Assembly (NCBI GenBank): GCA_963719225.1
Contig: CAVRAY010000001.1
Span: forward strand, 3,136,001-3,200,000
From: Thermoanaerobaculia bacterium
Lineage (GTDB): Bacteria > Acidobacteriota > Thermoanaerobaculia > UBA5066
DNA length: 64,000 bases
Reading direction: 5' to 3'
Position numbers and translations under genes: made by a program. Within the stretch, counting starts at the first letter, position 1; every line of letters starts with the position of its first letter. The notes beneath the pieces were generated by a model, which did not search any database, was not told where the DNA came from, and worked only from the letters and a program-made list of their open reading frames with translations. Of this stretch, positions 29,913 to 39,097 are shown in pieces.

Positions 29913-31418
29913 TTACCCCCTGCCTCTTTCCCAGCGGCCGGCGAGGGCGCGCATGGGTTTCGCGATCGACTGGAGGCGCGCGACGCGCACGCTCTCGCTG
30001 CCCTTGAGCGACAGGACCGGGACGAGACCGGCCTCGAGCAGCTTCTCCGCGGCGCGCACCGTGAGGACGACCTCGGACGGCGGAACGACGCGCGTCTCGA
30101 GGCCGTCCTTGAAGACATGCGTGGGGAGACCCTGGATTTCCGCCGCCGTCTCGGGACGGAGGTCCCACCCGCCTTCCTCGAACGCGCCCAGGAGGACGAG
30201 CGCGCCGGCAACCGCGCCATTCCCCCAGACGAAGGCTTCGTGCTCGGGAGAGCCCGGAATTTCCTCGAACGGGAAGGAGTCGATGGGCTCGGTCTTCGCG
30301 CCGTACGGGCGCCGCAACATGAGGCGCGGCAGCGCGAGCGCGACCCAGGCCGCCTCGTCGAGACCGCGAAGCTCCTCCCAGATCATGGCGCCTTCCTCTT
30401 CCGGTTTCCGCCAGTCGGCGGGATCGGGCGTCGCGGCCAGGGACGCGCACCCGACGAAGTCCGGGCGCGCGCCCGCGAGGAACGGAGCTCCCGCGGCACG
30501 GGCGACCTTCGCGACGCGCGCGAGGAAAGCCGCATCGGCGAGCGTCGGGCCGAACTCGTAGAGGCCGAGGACTGCTCCCCAGGGCTCGGCGCCCGGCGTC
30601 TCGACGGTCTCGGTCACGAGTCGCCGGTAGAGTCCGGTTCCCGACAGGTTCTCGTGGCTCGTGAGGTCTTCGAGCAGGGCCTCACGCGCGACGTCGAGGA
30701 AGAAAATGCGAACGCTCTCGCCCCCGGCACGGCGCACGAGCAGGTCGAGCGAGCGCCACGCCGCCTCGACCTTCCGGAATCGCGGATCGCGGAGGATCGT
30801 GCGGAGCAGCCCGGAGCGCACCTCGTCCACGGCGTCCTTGAGCCGCGGGAGATCGGCGTCCTCCTCGGGAGCGAGATGGGGCCGGACGATCGCCTTGAGC
30901 TCGGCCTCGAACGCCGAATCGGCGGGCTTCTGCCGCCGCGAAGCGCCCGCGAGAAGCTCGTTCACGATGTCCTCTTCCCCGCCGGCTCTTTTCGGAGCGT
31001 CTGCCCCGCGCCGCTCGGGAGGAGGGCCAGCGAAGGCGCGCACCTCGTTCGCCGCCTCGGCGAACGACCGGGGATTCTCGAGCCGCTCGCGCACGTCGCG
31101 CCACCTCGCGAGCGCCTCGACGCGCTCGAGCAGGCGGTCGGGATGGAGATCGTCGAAGTCGCGCAGAGAGATCCTCGCGGCCGGCCCTTCTCCGAGGCGC
31201 ACGTCCATCGTCGCGTCGAGGCCGCCGAGCACGTCCTCGAGGTCGTCCCGGTCCACGGCGTGAGTCTTTCGAGTCGCGAGGGGACCGGAGCCGCTTCCGC
31301 CGAAATCGCCGAGGACGAGAAGCCGAAAGGGCGTTTCGGGATCGAGCGGCTCGGCCGACGTCTGGGTTTCGCTCCCCAGCCTCACGTCGACGTTGCCGGA
31401 CGGCGGGCGCTTGGACAT
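29913..31418 (-). CDS. Fused TssB-TssC-like sheath protein lacking the TssC C-terminal region
   Basis: TssB-like N-half (PFRLLVLGDFGG, VDRDDLEDVL, FDDLHPDRLLERVEAL); TssC-like C-half (ILRDPRFRKVEAAWRSL, GAEPWGAVLGLYEF, AGAPFLAGA, LPRLMLRRPYG, FVWGNGA); 501 aa, intact ORF. Confidence 0.88.
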   Translation of the reverse strand: MSKRPPSGNVDVRLGSETQTSAEPLDPETPFRLLVLGDFGGSGSGPLATRKTHAVDRDDLEDVLGGLDATMDVRLGEGPAARISLRDFDDLHPDRLLERVEALARWRDVRERLENPRSFAEAANEVRAFAGPPPERRGADAPKRAGGEEDIVNELLAGASRRQKPADSAFEAELKAIVRPHLAPEEDADLPRLKDAVDEVRSGLLRTILRDPRFRKVEAAWRSLDLLVRRAGGESVRIFFLDVAREALLEDLTSHENLSGTGLYRRLVTETVETPGAEPWGAVLGLYEFGPTLADAAFLARVAKVARAAGAPFLAGARPDFVGCASLAATPDPADWRKPEEEGAMIWEELRGLDEAAWVALALPRLMLRRPYGAKTEPIDSFPFEEIPGSPEHEAFVWGNGAVAGALVLLGAFEEGGWDLRPETAAEIQGLPTHVFKDGLETRVVPPSEVVLTVRAAEKLLEAGLVPVLSLKGSESVRVARLQSIAKPMRALAGRWERGRG

Positions 31419-31497
31419 CGCGGCCTCCTGAGATGCCGGCCAAGTCTAGCGCGGGAAAGAGCCCTCGAAGGCCGCCGTTCTATGATCGCGCCTCCTG

Positions 31498-33048
31498 ATG
31501 TCGACGTCGCGACGAGAGCCGACCGAGTACGACGCCGTCTCGTATCCCGGGTCGCCGTTTTCCCAGACCCATCCGGATCGCCTCGCGACGACCGCCGCTC
31601 TGTACGGGCTCGCGGCGGCTCCCCCCGAGCGCTGCCGGGTGCTGGAGCTCGGCTGCGGAGACGGCGGCAACCTGATCCCGATGGCCTACGTCCTTCCGGA
31701 AAGCACGTTCCTCGGCCTCGACGCGGCGGGGTCGGCGATCGCCCAGGGCATGGAGCAGGTCGCCGCTCTCGGTCTGACGAACGCGACTCTCCTTCATGCC
31801 GACCTTCTCGAGGCTTCGAATCTCGGCACGTTCGACTACGTCATCGCCCACGGCCTCTACTCGTGGGTGCCGCCTCCCGTGCAGGAGCGGATCTTCGCGA
31901 TCGCCTCCGAGGCGCTCGCCCCGAACGGCGTCGCGTACGTGAGCTACAACGCCCTTCCCGGATGCCACGTGAGGAACGCGATGCGCGAGATGATGCTGTG
32001 GCACGTGCGGGGGATCGAGGACCCCGCCGAGAGAATCTCCCAGGCGCGGGGGCTCATCCGGTTTCTCGGGGAAGCTGCGCCGAAGCGCCCGCTCTTTTCC
32101 GCGATCCTGGACGACACGCTCGAGCACCAGGAGAAGCAGCCGGACGCCGTGCTGTTCCACGACGATCTCGCCGACGCCAACGAGCCTCTCCTGTTCGTCG
32201 ATTTCATCGCGCGGGCCAGCCGCCACAAGCTCAAGTTCCTCTCGGAAGCCGACTATTCCGACATGGCCGTGTGGAACGCGGACAGCCCGGCCGGCAGGTT
32301 CCTGCTCGGGTTCGGGGGCGAGAACGTGGTCGTGCAGCAGCAGTACCGAGACTTCCTCATCTTCCGGCGCTTCCGCCAGACGCTCCTCTGCCGCGAAGAG
32401 GCCTCCACCACGACGGAGCCCGACCCCGAGATCCTCCGATCCCTCTGGGTGAGTTCGAGCACGAGACCGGAATCCGCGAATCCAGACGTGGCTTCGGAGG
32501 AGCGCGTGACGTTCAAGACCGAGAAGGAAGGGGACGTGTCGACGCCGCACCCCCTGTCGAAGGCGGCTTTTCTCGAGCTCGGACTGATCTGGCCGCGGTG
32601 GGTCCGCGTTTCCGACCTCCTCGCCACCGCCCGCGCGCGCTTGTCGGCGGCCGGCGGCCGTCCGGTCACGGCGGAGGACGAGGCGCGTCTCCTCCGCTTC
32701 CTCCTCGGCGCCTACGGCTCGAACGTGGCGCAGCTGAGGAGCAGGGCGTGCCCCTTCGTCACCGAGATTTCGGATCGCCCGCGGGCGAGCGCGCTGGCCC
32801 GCTTCCAGGCGCGCACGCGGACCTCCGTCACGAACCTCAAGCATCAGACCGTGCGGCTCGAAGATCCTCTCGTCCGGACTTTCCTCGAGCTCCTCGACGG
32901 GACGCGCGACCGCATGACGATCGCCAGGGAGATGGCGGCGGCCCTCCGGGCGAGAGAACCGGCGGCCGAGGCGCTCGCGGCGGACGTCGAGAAGGGAATC
33001 GCCCTCAACTTCGACCGCGTCACCCGGCTCGCGCTGATCGAAGGCTAG
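31498..33048 (+). CDS. Class I SAM methyltransferase with regulatory domain (rickettsial PKMT-like architecture)
   Basis: YDAVSYP...FSQTHP, RVLELGCGDGGNLIPMA, FDYVIAHGLYSWVP, GVAYVSYNALPG, HDDLADANEP, QQYRDFLIFRRFRQTLLCR, C-terminal LLDGTRD wHTH-like region. Confidence 0.88.
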   Translation: MSTSRREPTEYDAVSYPGSPFSQTHPDRLATTAALYGLAAAPPERCRVLELGCGDGGNLIPMAYVLPESTFLGLDAAGSAIAQGMEQVAALGLTNATLLHADLLEASNLGTFDYVIAHGLYSWVPPPVQERIFAIASEALAPNGVAYVSYNALPGCHVRNAMREMMLWHVRGIEDPAERISQARGLIRFLGEAAPKRPLFSAILDDTLEHQEKQPDAVLFHDDLADANEPLLFVDFIARASRHKLKFLSEADYSDMAVWNADSPAGRFLLGFGGENVVVQQQYRDFLIFRRFRQTLLCREEASTTTEPDPEILRSLWVSSSTRPESANPDVASEERVTFKTEKEGDVSTPHPLSKAAFLELGLIWPRWVRVSDLLATARARLSAAGGRPVTAEDEARLLRFLLGAYGSNVAQLRSRACPFVTEISDRPRASALARFQARTRTSVTNLKHQTVRLEDPLVRTFLELLDGTRDRMTIAREMAAALRAREPAAEALAADVEKGIALNFDRVTRLALIEG

Positions 33049-33073
33049 AGCGGCCGCGTTCCGGCGCCTCCGA

Positions 33074-33682
33074 TCAATCGGGGGGCCGGACCACCAGTCG
33101 GTATTCCATCACGTTGTTGGCCAGCGAGGTCTCACCGGCCACAGGGTCCGCGGACAGCCTGAACAGGAGCTCGGCGGGCCAGTAACCCCGGTCCTTCCAG
33201 GAGGCGATCAGACGGGCGAGGTCGACGTCGGCATACTTGACGTCCGTCCGACCCTTGAGCCGAACGGTCTTTTCCAGCCGAAAACTCGCCGGGAACGTCG
33301 TCTTCGAGCTCTCGAGCAGTTGACTGTCCGTGATGCCTTCGGTCTCCTGCCAGTTCGTCAATCCCACGACGGGAAAGACCTCGAGAACGACCCGGACTTC
33401 CACGTCCCGGCCGTTCACGACGCCGACGACGTCGATCTTGTCCGGAGCGAGGCCTCCGTGCTTGTCCCAGCGAACGAGCCGCGGGTATTTTCCGTGCTCC
33501 TTCGCCTCCGCGCTGTCGGGCGCGAGCTTCGCGTAGAGCACGAGGCCGGAGACGAAGACGTCCCGCTCAGCGGCGGGTGCGACCCCCGGAGCGACGAAGA
33601 GGAGCAGCAGGGCGCCGGCACGCGCGGCCCGGCGCGTTTTCTCGGAGACCTCAGTCCACGGAGAGGTGAATGTGATCGTCAT
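33074..33682 (-). CDS. Hypothetical exported protein, candidate immunity partner of the upstream peptidase
   Basis: Signal-like RRAARAGALLLLFVAPGVAPA-A; overlaps the end of the upstream gene; coding-like codon usage. Start uncertain. Confidence 0.6.
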   Translation of the reverse strand: MTITFTSPWTEVSEKTRRAARAGALLLLFVAPGVAPAAERDVFVSGLVLYAKLAPDSAEAKEHGKYPRLVRWDKHGGLAPDKIDVVGVVNGRDVEVRVVLEVFPVVGLTNWQETEGITDSQLLESSKTTFPASFRLEKTVRLKGRTDVKYADVDLARLIASWKDRGYWPAELLFRLSADPVAGETSLANNVMEYRLVVRPPD

Positions 33683-34070
33683 GTGCGGCCACGGTCCAGT
33701 TCGACTTGTGCTTGTGAAGGAACTTCGGGCCGAAGTTCTCGCGGATCTTGGTTTGGTTGTCGGCCTCGTCCTGCAGAGCGTCGACGATCGCCTTGACGGA
33801 GGCGTCGCTCGAGTACGTCGTACTGATGTACTTGCCGTTGATGCGCGAGATGTCGATCGCCTTCCCGGAGTAGTGCCGCGAGCCGGTCGCGTGCGTTCCG
33901 TTCGTCGTGGCCGACACATAGATTTTTTCGAGGCTGTTCCCGGTCGCCACTCCGCTCTTGACGAAACCCGTGAGGAGGTCGATGAGATCCTGATTCACAT
34001 CATTGTCGGCACCCGACGCGTACTCGACGTCGACGTCGTTGATCTTGGCGCCGATCTTCGCATCGGCCAT
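33651..34070 (-). CDS. LAS / M15-like Zn peptidoglycan peptidase, candidate effector
   Basis: H-x6-D (SRHYSGKAIDI) and HxH (HDDHIHLSV); RBS GAGGGAGG; no signal peptide; 139 aa. Confidence 0.8.
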   Translation of the reverse strand: MADAKIGAKINDVDVEYASGADNDVNQDLIDLLTGFVKSGVATGNSLEKIYVSATTNGTHATGSRHYSGKAIDISRINGKYISTTYSSDASVKAIVDALQDEADNQTKIRENFGPKFLHKHKSNWTVAAHDDHIHLSVD

Positions 34071-34184
34071 GAAGAACCTCCCTCGTCGAGAGGTGCGGAC
34101 TCTAGCAGATCGTCCGGGCTCACGGCCCGGCCGTCGCCGGCGTGCGATAGACTTTGGAAAAGGGCCCGAGCCGAGGAGGTAACC

Positions 34185-35018
34185 GTGTTGCGCGAGCGGA
34201 TACATGGACCCGTGCTCGACTCCCACCTCTACACGGCCGAGCGCAACGCGCACCGGAACGCCGATCTCAACTTCATCCTGAGCGTCTACCTCAACCGCGT
34301 CGAGCCGGACGGCTCCGGGTTGTTCGCAGATTCCGGCGGAGGAATCACGCCGATCCTCCGCTGGCCCGACGACGAGTGGACGCACTTCCGTCGCGAGTTC
34401 TACAACTGGGTCAAGGGCTTCTTCAGGGAAAGGTTCTGGCTCGTCCCGCCTCGCGGGTATTCCGGCCTCGATTGGCCCGATATCCGGCCGACCCACCGTC
34501 CGAACGTGAAGTGCGGCCTGACGCTGTGGGTCCACGAGCGGCCCGAGCATGCCCGCATCGGCATCAACTGCATTTACCCGGTGCCGGGCCAGACCTTGCG
34601 GTCGGGCGTGAGCCCGTGGGACCACTCCGGCGAACTCGCCGCCGTCGACACCACCATGCAATCGGCGAACCCCGTGCCGACGACATCGGAGGTCCAGGAC
34701 CAGGTCACCGTCCTCCACGAGGTCGGTCATCTTCTCGGGCTCTCGCACGTCAACCGTTACGGAAAACCCTGCCCCAAACAGGACACGAACGCGGTCGCGT
34801 GCTACGGGACGACGACATGGCAGCGCGGCGACCTGATGGGCTGGGGAAGCCGGGTCGAGCTCTGGCATTCGTGGCCGTGGCGGGACCGGATCCGGTATCA
34901 CACCGGCGTCGGGGGCTGGACCGCGGTCATGTCTCGGCCGGAACCGCGGCCGCTCTCCCCCGATCCCGGGATGGACGCCGGAGTGAGGCCCGGCGTCATC
35001 CGCGACGCCGGCATCTAG
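34185..35018 (+). CDS. Metzincin-type zinc metalloprotease
   Basis: HEVGHLLGLSH (HExxHxxGxxH) with Met-turn DLMGWG; RBS GAGGAGG before GTG 34185. Confidence 0.8.
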   Translation: MLRERIHGPVLDSHLYTAERNAHRNADLNFILSVYLNRVEPDGSGLFADSGGGITPILRWPDDEWTHFRREFYNWVKGFFRERFWLVPPRGYSGLDWPDIRPTHRPNVKCGLTLWVHERPEHARIGINCIYPVPGQTLRSGVSPWDHSGELAAVDTTMQSANPVPTTSEVQDQVTVLHEVGHLLGLSHVNRYGKPCPKQDTNAVACYGTTTWQRGDLMGWGSRVELWHSWPWRDRIRYHTGVGGWTAVMSRPEPRPLSPDPGMDAGVRPGVIRDAGI

Positions 35019-35084
35019 CGGGGAGCGACCCTCTGAAAGGCCGACGGAGCGCGAGCGCCCCGACGCAGCCCGCAGTGTCTCCCG

Positions 35085-36603
35085 TCAACGCTTCGGCTTG
35101 CGCCCTCGGTTCGTATCCTGACTCGGAGCGCCCGACGCCGCGAGCTGGCGGGCTTCGCGGGTCTTGGGGTGATCCGCGCCCAAGGACGGCTGCAGGTTCT
35201 TGAGCGCCGAGGCAAGGGCGACCCGCGCTTCCTCGAGCTTGCCCTGAGCGTGGAGCGCGCGGCCTGACATCAGATATGCACGTCCGATACGGCTGGAGAA
35301 CGCTTCCGGCACGGTGGCCTTTTGCTCCATGGCGAGGGCCCTCTCGGCGTCGGCCCGCGCATCGTCGAAACGACCAACTTTCAGATACACGTCGGCCCGG
35401 CGCATCAGGTAGTTCGGGAGGTAGTCGAGGCCCTGCGGGTTCCGCTCGGTCAGAGCGAGCGCCCGATCCGCCTGCGCGACAGCCTGCCGGCCATCACCTC
35501 GCGCCATGGCAAGCATCGAACCGTATGACGCCAATGCCGAAAACGCGATGTGACCGGCGGGCATCATTCGTTTCCACCTCGGCTCGAGCTCGGCGAGAAC
35601 CTCCGATGCTCGCGCGAAGTCGCCCTGCTCGACGCAGATTCCAAAACGAACGGACAACGCCTGGTTGACCACGATCTCGTCACGTGCCTGCCTGGCCTTC
35701 GCGTACGCCCGACCGGCGTAGTCCGCCGCCTCGGAGAGACGGTTGAGCTCCGTGAGCGTGCGGGCGAGGTTATTGAGCAGCATCGGCGATACACGCGGTC
35801 GTGACCGCGCCGCTCCCCGCCATCTGCTCAGGAGCGGCGTATTCGGGCGTCAGCACCCGCCCACCTTCGCGTGTCAGCGCCGTAGCCTGGCCCGAGCCCC
35901 CTTCCCCCTCGAGCAGCTTCGCGATGCCGAAGTCGAGCAGCTTCACGCGACCGTCCGTCCCGACGAGCACGTTGGAGGGCTTGATGTCCCGGTGCACGAT
36001 CAGATTGGCGTGAGCATGGGCGACAGCAGCCAGCACGTCGAGGAAGAGACGAAGGCGGGCCTCGACTCCGAGTCCCTTGCCGTCGCAGTAGCGGTCGATC
36101 TCCTCGCCCTCCACGTAGTCCAGCACGAGATAGGGCTGGCCGCTCGTCGACACACCCGCATCGAGCAGACGCGCGATGTGAGGATGAGAGAGGCGGGCCA
36201 AGACGCTGCCCTCGCGCTGGAAGCGCTCCTCGCCGGCACGGCCGACGAGGCTGGCGTTCAAGAGCTTGACCGCCGCCTGGCCCTCGAAGCGGCCGTCGCT
36301 GCGCCGAGCGAGCCAGACGTTGCCCATACCCCCCTGACCGATCAGCGAGATCAACGTGTAGGCGCCTATCGTCTGGCCAGCCAACGACGCCGCCGGCCAC
36401 GGTCCCGGAGCGGCCTTTTCGAGGAATCCCTCCCGGCTCAGAACACTCCGTTCCTCGAGCAAACCCTCCAGGTCGGCGGCGAGCGCCGGGTCCTCGGCTC
36501 GCAGAGACGCCAGCCACGAGCTGCGCTCCTCGCCCGCCATCTCCATCGCACGTTCGAGATAGGGACTGAGGAGCTGCCAGCGTTCCCGGCTCAGCACGGA
36601 CAT
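35085..36603 (-). pseudogene. ECF-associated Ser/Thr kinase-TPR gene with internal deletion and frameshift near 35794
   Basis: IGQGGMGNVWLARRSDG, AAVK, VHRDIKPSN, LLDFGIAK, TPEYAAPEQ; breaks at VTTA (no DVYSLG) and joins out of frame to C-terminal TPRs (LNNLARTL...LGADHPKT). Confidence 0.8.
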
Positions 36604-36619
36604 GTCTTCTCTTCCCGTG

Positions 36620-37202
36620 TCAAGCGAGCGCCTCCCGCCGAAGAGCGCGATGGAGATAAATGCGGGCCTTCTCCCATTGCCGCTGCACCGTGCGTTCCGA
36701 CACGCCGCGCATGGCGGCGATCTCGGCGAAGGAAAACCCGCCGAAGAACTTGAGGTCGATGACCTGGGCCAGCCACGGCTCGACCGCGGCGAGATCGTCC
36801 AGGGCCGAGCTGATCTCGACCAGCTCCTTTTCGTCGGCCACCCCTTCGCCGGCCTCGCCGTCCAGCGACGTGATTTCGAAGCCGCCGCCTCGCTTTTGAG
36901 CCTGGCGGCTGCGCGCATAGTCGATGATGAGGCCGCGCATCACCTTTGCGGCGTAGGCCATGAAGCGCCCGCGGTCGGGGAAGACCGCGGCCTCGCGCCG
37001 GGAGATGTCGAGGTAGGCCTCGTGGAGGAGTGTGGTCGCGCCGATCGTCACGCCCCCCCCCCCCGCTGCGCGCCAGCTGGCGTTTGGCCAGCCGGTGCAG
37101 CTCCGAGTACAGCGCGGCGAAGGGGGCATCCGCCGCGGAGCGGTCGCCGCCCTCCGCTGAAGAGATGAGCGACGAAATTGTCGACGCCACGAGGGTCTCC
37201 AC
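36620..37202 (-). CDS. ECF sigma factor (kinase-associated, ECF43/EcfK-like); frameshift in a 12-bp G tract
   Basis: GDRSAADAPFAALYSELHRLAKRQL, then in another frame TIGATTLLHEAYL, FMAYAAKVMRGLIIDYARSRQAQKRGG, FFGGFSFAEIA...VSERTVQRQWEKAR; C12 at 37053-37064 on the + strand. Confidence 0.88.
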
Positions 37203-37321
37203 CTGAATAGAGCGCCGCGATGCTACACCTGCCCGGACACGCCCGTCTGTCGTCTTTTTCCCTCCGTTTTCGATCTCTTAGGTGAGAGGCGACGATCGCT
37301 TCGAGGAAGGAGGGTGATCCC

Positions 37322-38239
37322 GTGACGATAACAGCAGCGGGAATCGCATCGCTCGAGAACAGCTTGTCGACATCGGTCGAGGCCTTCATCGCGACTGGTC
37401 TCTCGGACTGGGCACAGGCAGCCGAAGGGGCGATCAACGACGCCAGAGATCCAGACGAGGCTGATTCGGAGATATTCTGGCTGATCGCTCTTGCGGGAAA
37501 CATGCTCTGGGCATCGACTGTATTTTTTCCGCCTGCAGCCGTGGTTGGCGAAATTACAACCGCCACGAAGGCCGCTTCCCTGCTGGGCGCAGCTCTGGGA
37601 TCAGGCACGGTCCAAAAACTTTTCATCCGCCCCCCGAAACCGGATGGCGCGAAGGCCTTTCTCCGCGACGTCGTCGCTGCCAGGAAAGACGCACTTCGGG
37701 AGATGTATGTCGGGGCCGCTGATGAATGGATAAAGCGGGTACTGGCCCCCTACGTCATCGAGGACGTCTCCGGACTGCAGTGGGAAGGCCGTGGCCGCCC
37801 TGCTCCTGAAGTATTCGACCAGGACCTGCAGAAAGTCACGGTTCATGGCCAGGCCAGGCTGCGCGACTTCACGGTAGAGCACTTCCTGTTCCCGGGCGCG
37901 CCCTTCACGGCCAAGGAACAAAGCGTCGGAATGAGAAACCTCATGGTCAAAGAGCTTCAAGGAGCGCTCCTAGACTTCAACCAACAGTACCTTTATTGGA
38001 TAGGGGGCCGACAGCTCTATATCGAGCAGAACAGTTCATACGATGATCTCATGCGTACCAAAGGCGAGGAGCGAGAGCTGGGTGAAGAGTACGAAAAACA
38101 GTCGCCGTTCAGCCCACAGCTAAAATTTACCGGCGTGCCCGCATCCGTTCGGATGTCCGCCCCCATTTCGAATTACTTCGTGTTCAACACGGTCGGAGCG
38201 GTCGTCGCGCGGTGGGTGGACGTCGTCTCGAGTCCGTGA
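37322..38239 (+). CDS. Hypothetical protein with hydrophobic hairpin and atypical codon usage
   Basis: 305 aa, RBS AAGGAGG, visibly more A/T third positions than flanking genes; IFWLIALAGNMLWASTVFFPPAAVV...AASLLGAALGSG. Confidence 0.7.
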   Translation: MTITAAGIASLENSLSTSVEAFIATGLSDWAQAAEGAINDARDPDEADSEIFWLIALAGNMLWASTVFFPPAAVVGEITTATKAASLLGAALGSGTVQKLFIRPPKPDGAKAFLRDVVAARKDALREMYVGAADEWIKRVLAPYVIEDVSGLQWEGRGRPAPEVFDQDLQKVTVHGQARLRDFTVEHFLFPGAPFTAKEQSVGMRNLMVKELQGALLDFNQQYLYWIGGRQLYIEQNSSYDDLMRTKGEERELGEEYEKQSPFSPQLKFTGVPASVRMSAPISNYFVFNTVGAVVARWVDVVSSP

Positions 38240-38286
38240 CTCCCGAGTCTCCGGACTCTCGGGCGAATCCCCTTCGCTTCTCGACG

Positions 38287-39063
38287 TCAGCCCTTCAGCG
38301 CTTCGGGAGCGTTCGCCTCGATGACCTCGAGGAGCTTTTCGCGGAAGGGATCCTTCATCTCCTCGATGTCCCGGGCGTTCACCACCTCTTCGAAGGCGTT
38401 CAGACCGGAGATCTCCGTGCTCTCGATGAGGACGTCGTCCGGGGGCCGCACGGTTCGGACGCTCGAGGAGATGCACGTGACCGGGACCTCGCCGAGACCC
38501 GGGAGCTTTTCCGTGACGACCGGGAACCGGAGAGCCTCGAAAACCGCGAGGAGCCCGGCCTGCCGCGTGAGAACGGTATCCAGGACGAGCGCGTGCAGGA
38601 TCACGTTCTTGACCTGCGAGGCGTCGGGTATTTTCGCGGACATGAGCTCCCTGAGGCGCGTGGGCGCGAGTCCCGAGTACGTGAGGATCCACTTGAGGGG
38701 CTGCGTCACGGTGACGGTCTTGCTCTCTCCCCCCGACTTCGCGACGTGCAGATAGTCGAGAGGAACGAGCTCGACGTTGGAGCTCAGGATCTCGATGGGA
38801 TGGCTCAGCTCCTTCGGAAGTCCGTAGGGCCGGCCTCCCGCGACCGCCTCGTAGCGGCTTCGGAGATCTCGGAAAGCCGCATCCGAGCCCTTGACCTCGG
38901 CTTTCGCGCTGCCCTCGACGAAATCGCCGAGGATCGTGCGCGGCCTCAGCAGCAGAGTCACGGTACTCAGATGCTCCTTCAGCTCCGAGCGGAGCGATTC
39001 CGCGATCGCCCTCGTCAGCTTCCGGAGCGCCCGGAGTTTCTGGAGATCGTACCCTTCGTCCAT
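38287..39063 (-). CDS. Hypothetical protein, paralog A
   Basis: 258 aa, RBS GAGGA; aligns along its length with 39098-40213. Confidence 0.8.
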   Translation of the reverse strand: MDEGYDLQKLRALRKLTRAIAESLRSELKEHLSTVTLLLRPRTILGDFVEGSAKAEVKGSDAAFRDLRSRYEAVAGGRPYGLPKELSHPIEILSSNVELVPLDYLHVAKSGGESKTVTVTQPLKWILTYSGLAPTRLRELMSAKIPDASQVKNVILHALVLDTVLTRQAGLLAVFEALRFPVVTEKLPGLGEVPVTCISSSVRTVRPPDDVLIESTEISGLNAFEEVVNARDIEEMKDPFREKLLEVIEANAPEALKG

Positions 39064-39097
39064 CTGACCTGAATCCTCCGTTCGGTCGCGGGGCGCC

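Noticed and set aside
28606-30561. 651-aa ORF as one protein
   Set aside because: It joins a toxin fragment, the immunity gene and antisense read-through over the amidase and TssBC genes; a stop near 29320 is probably lost.
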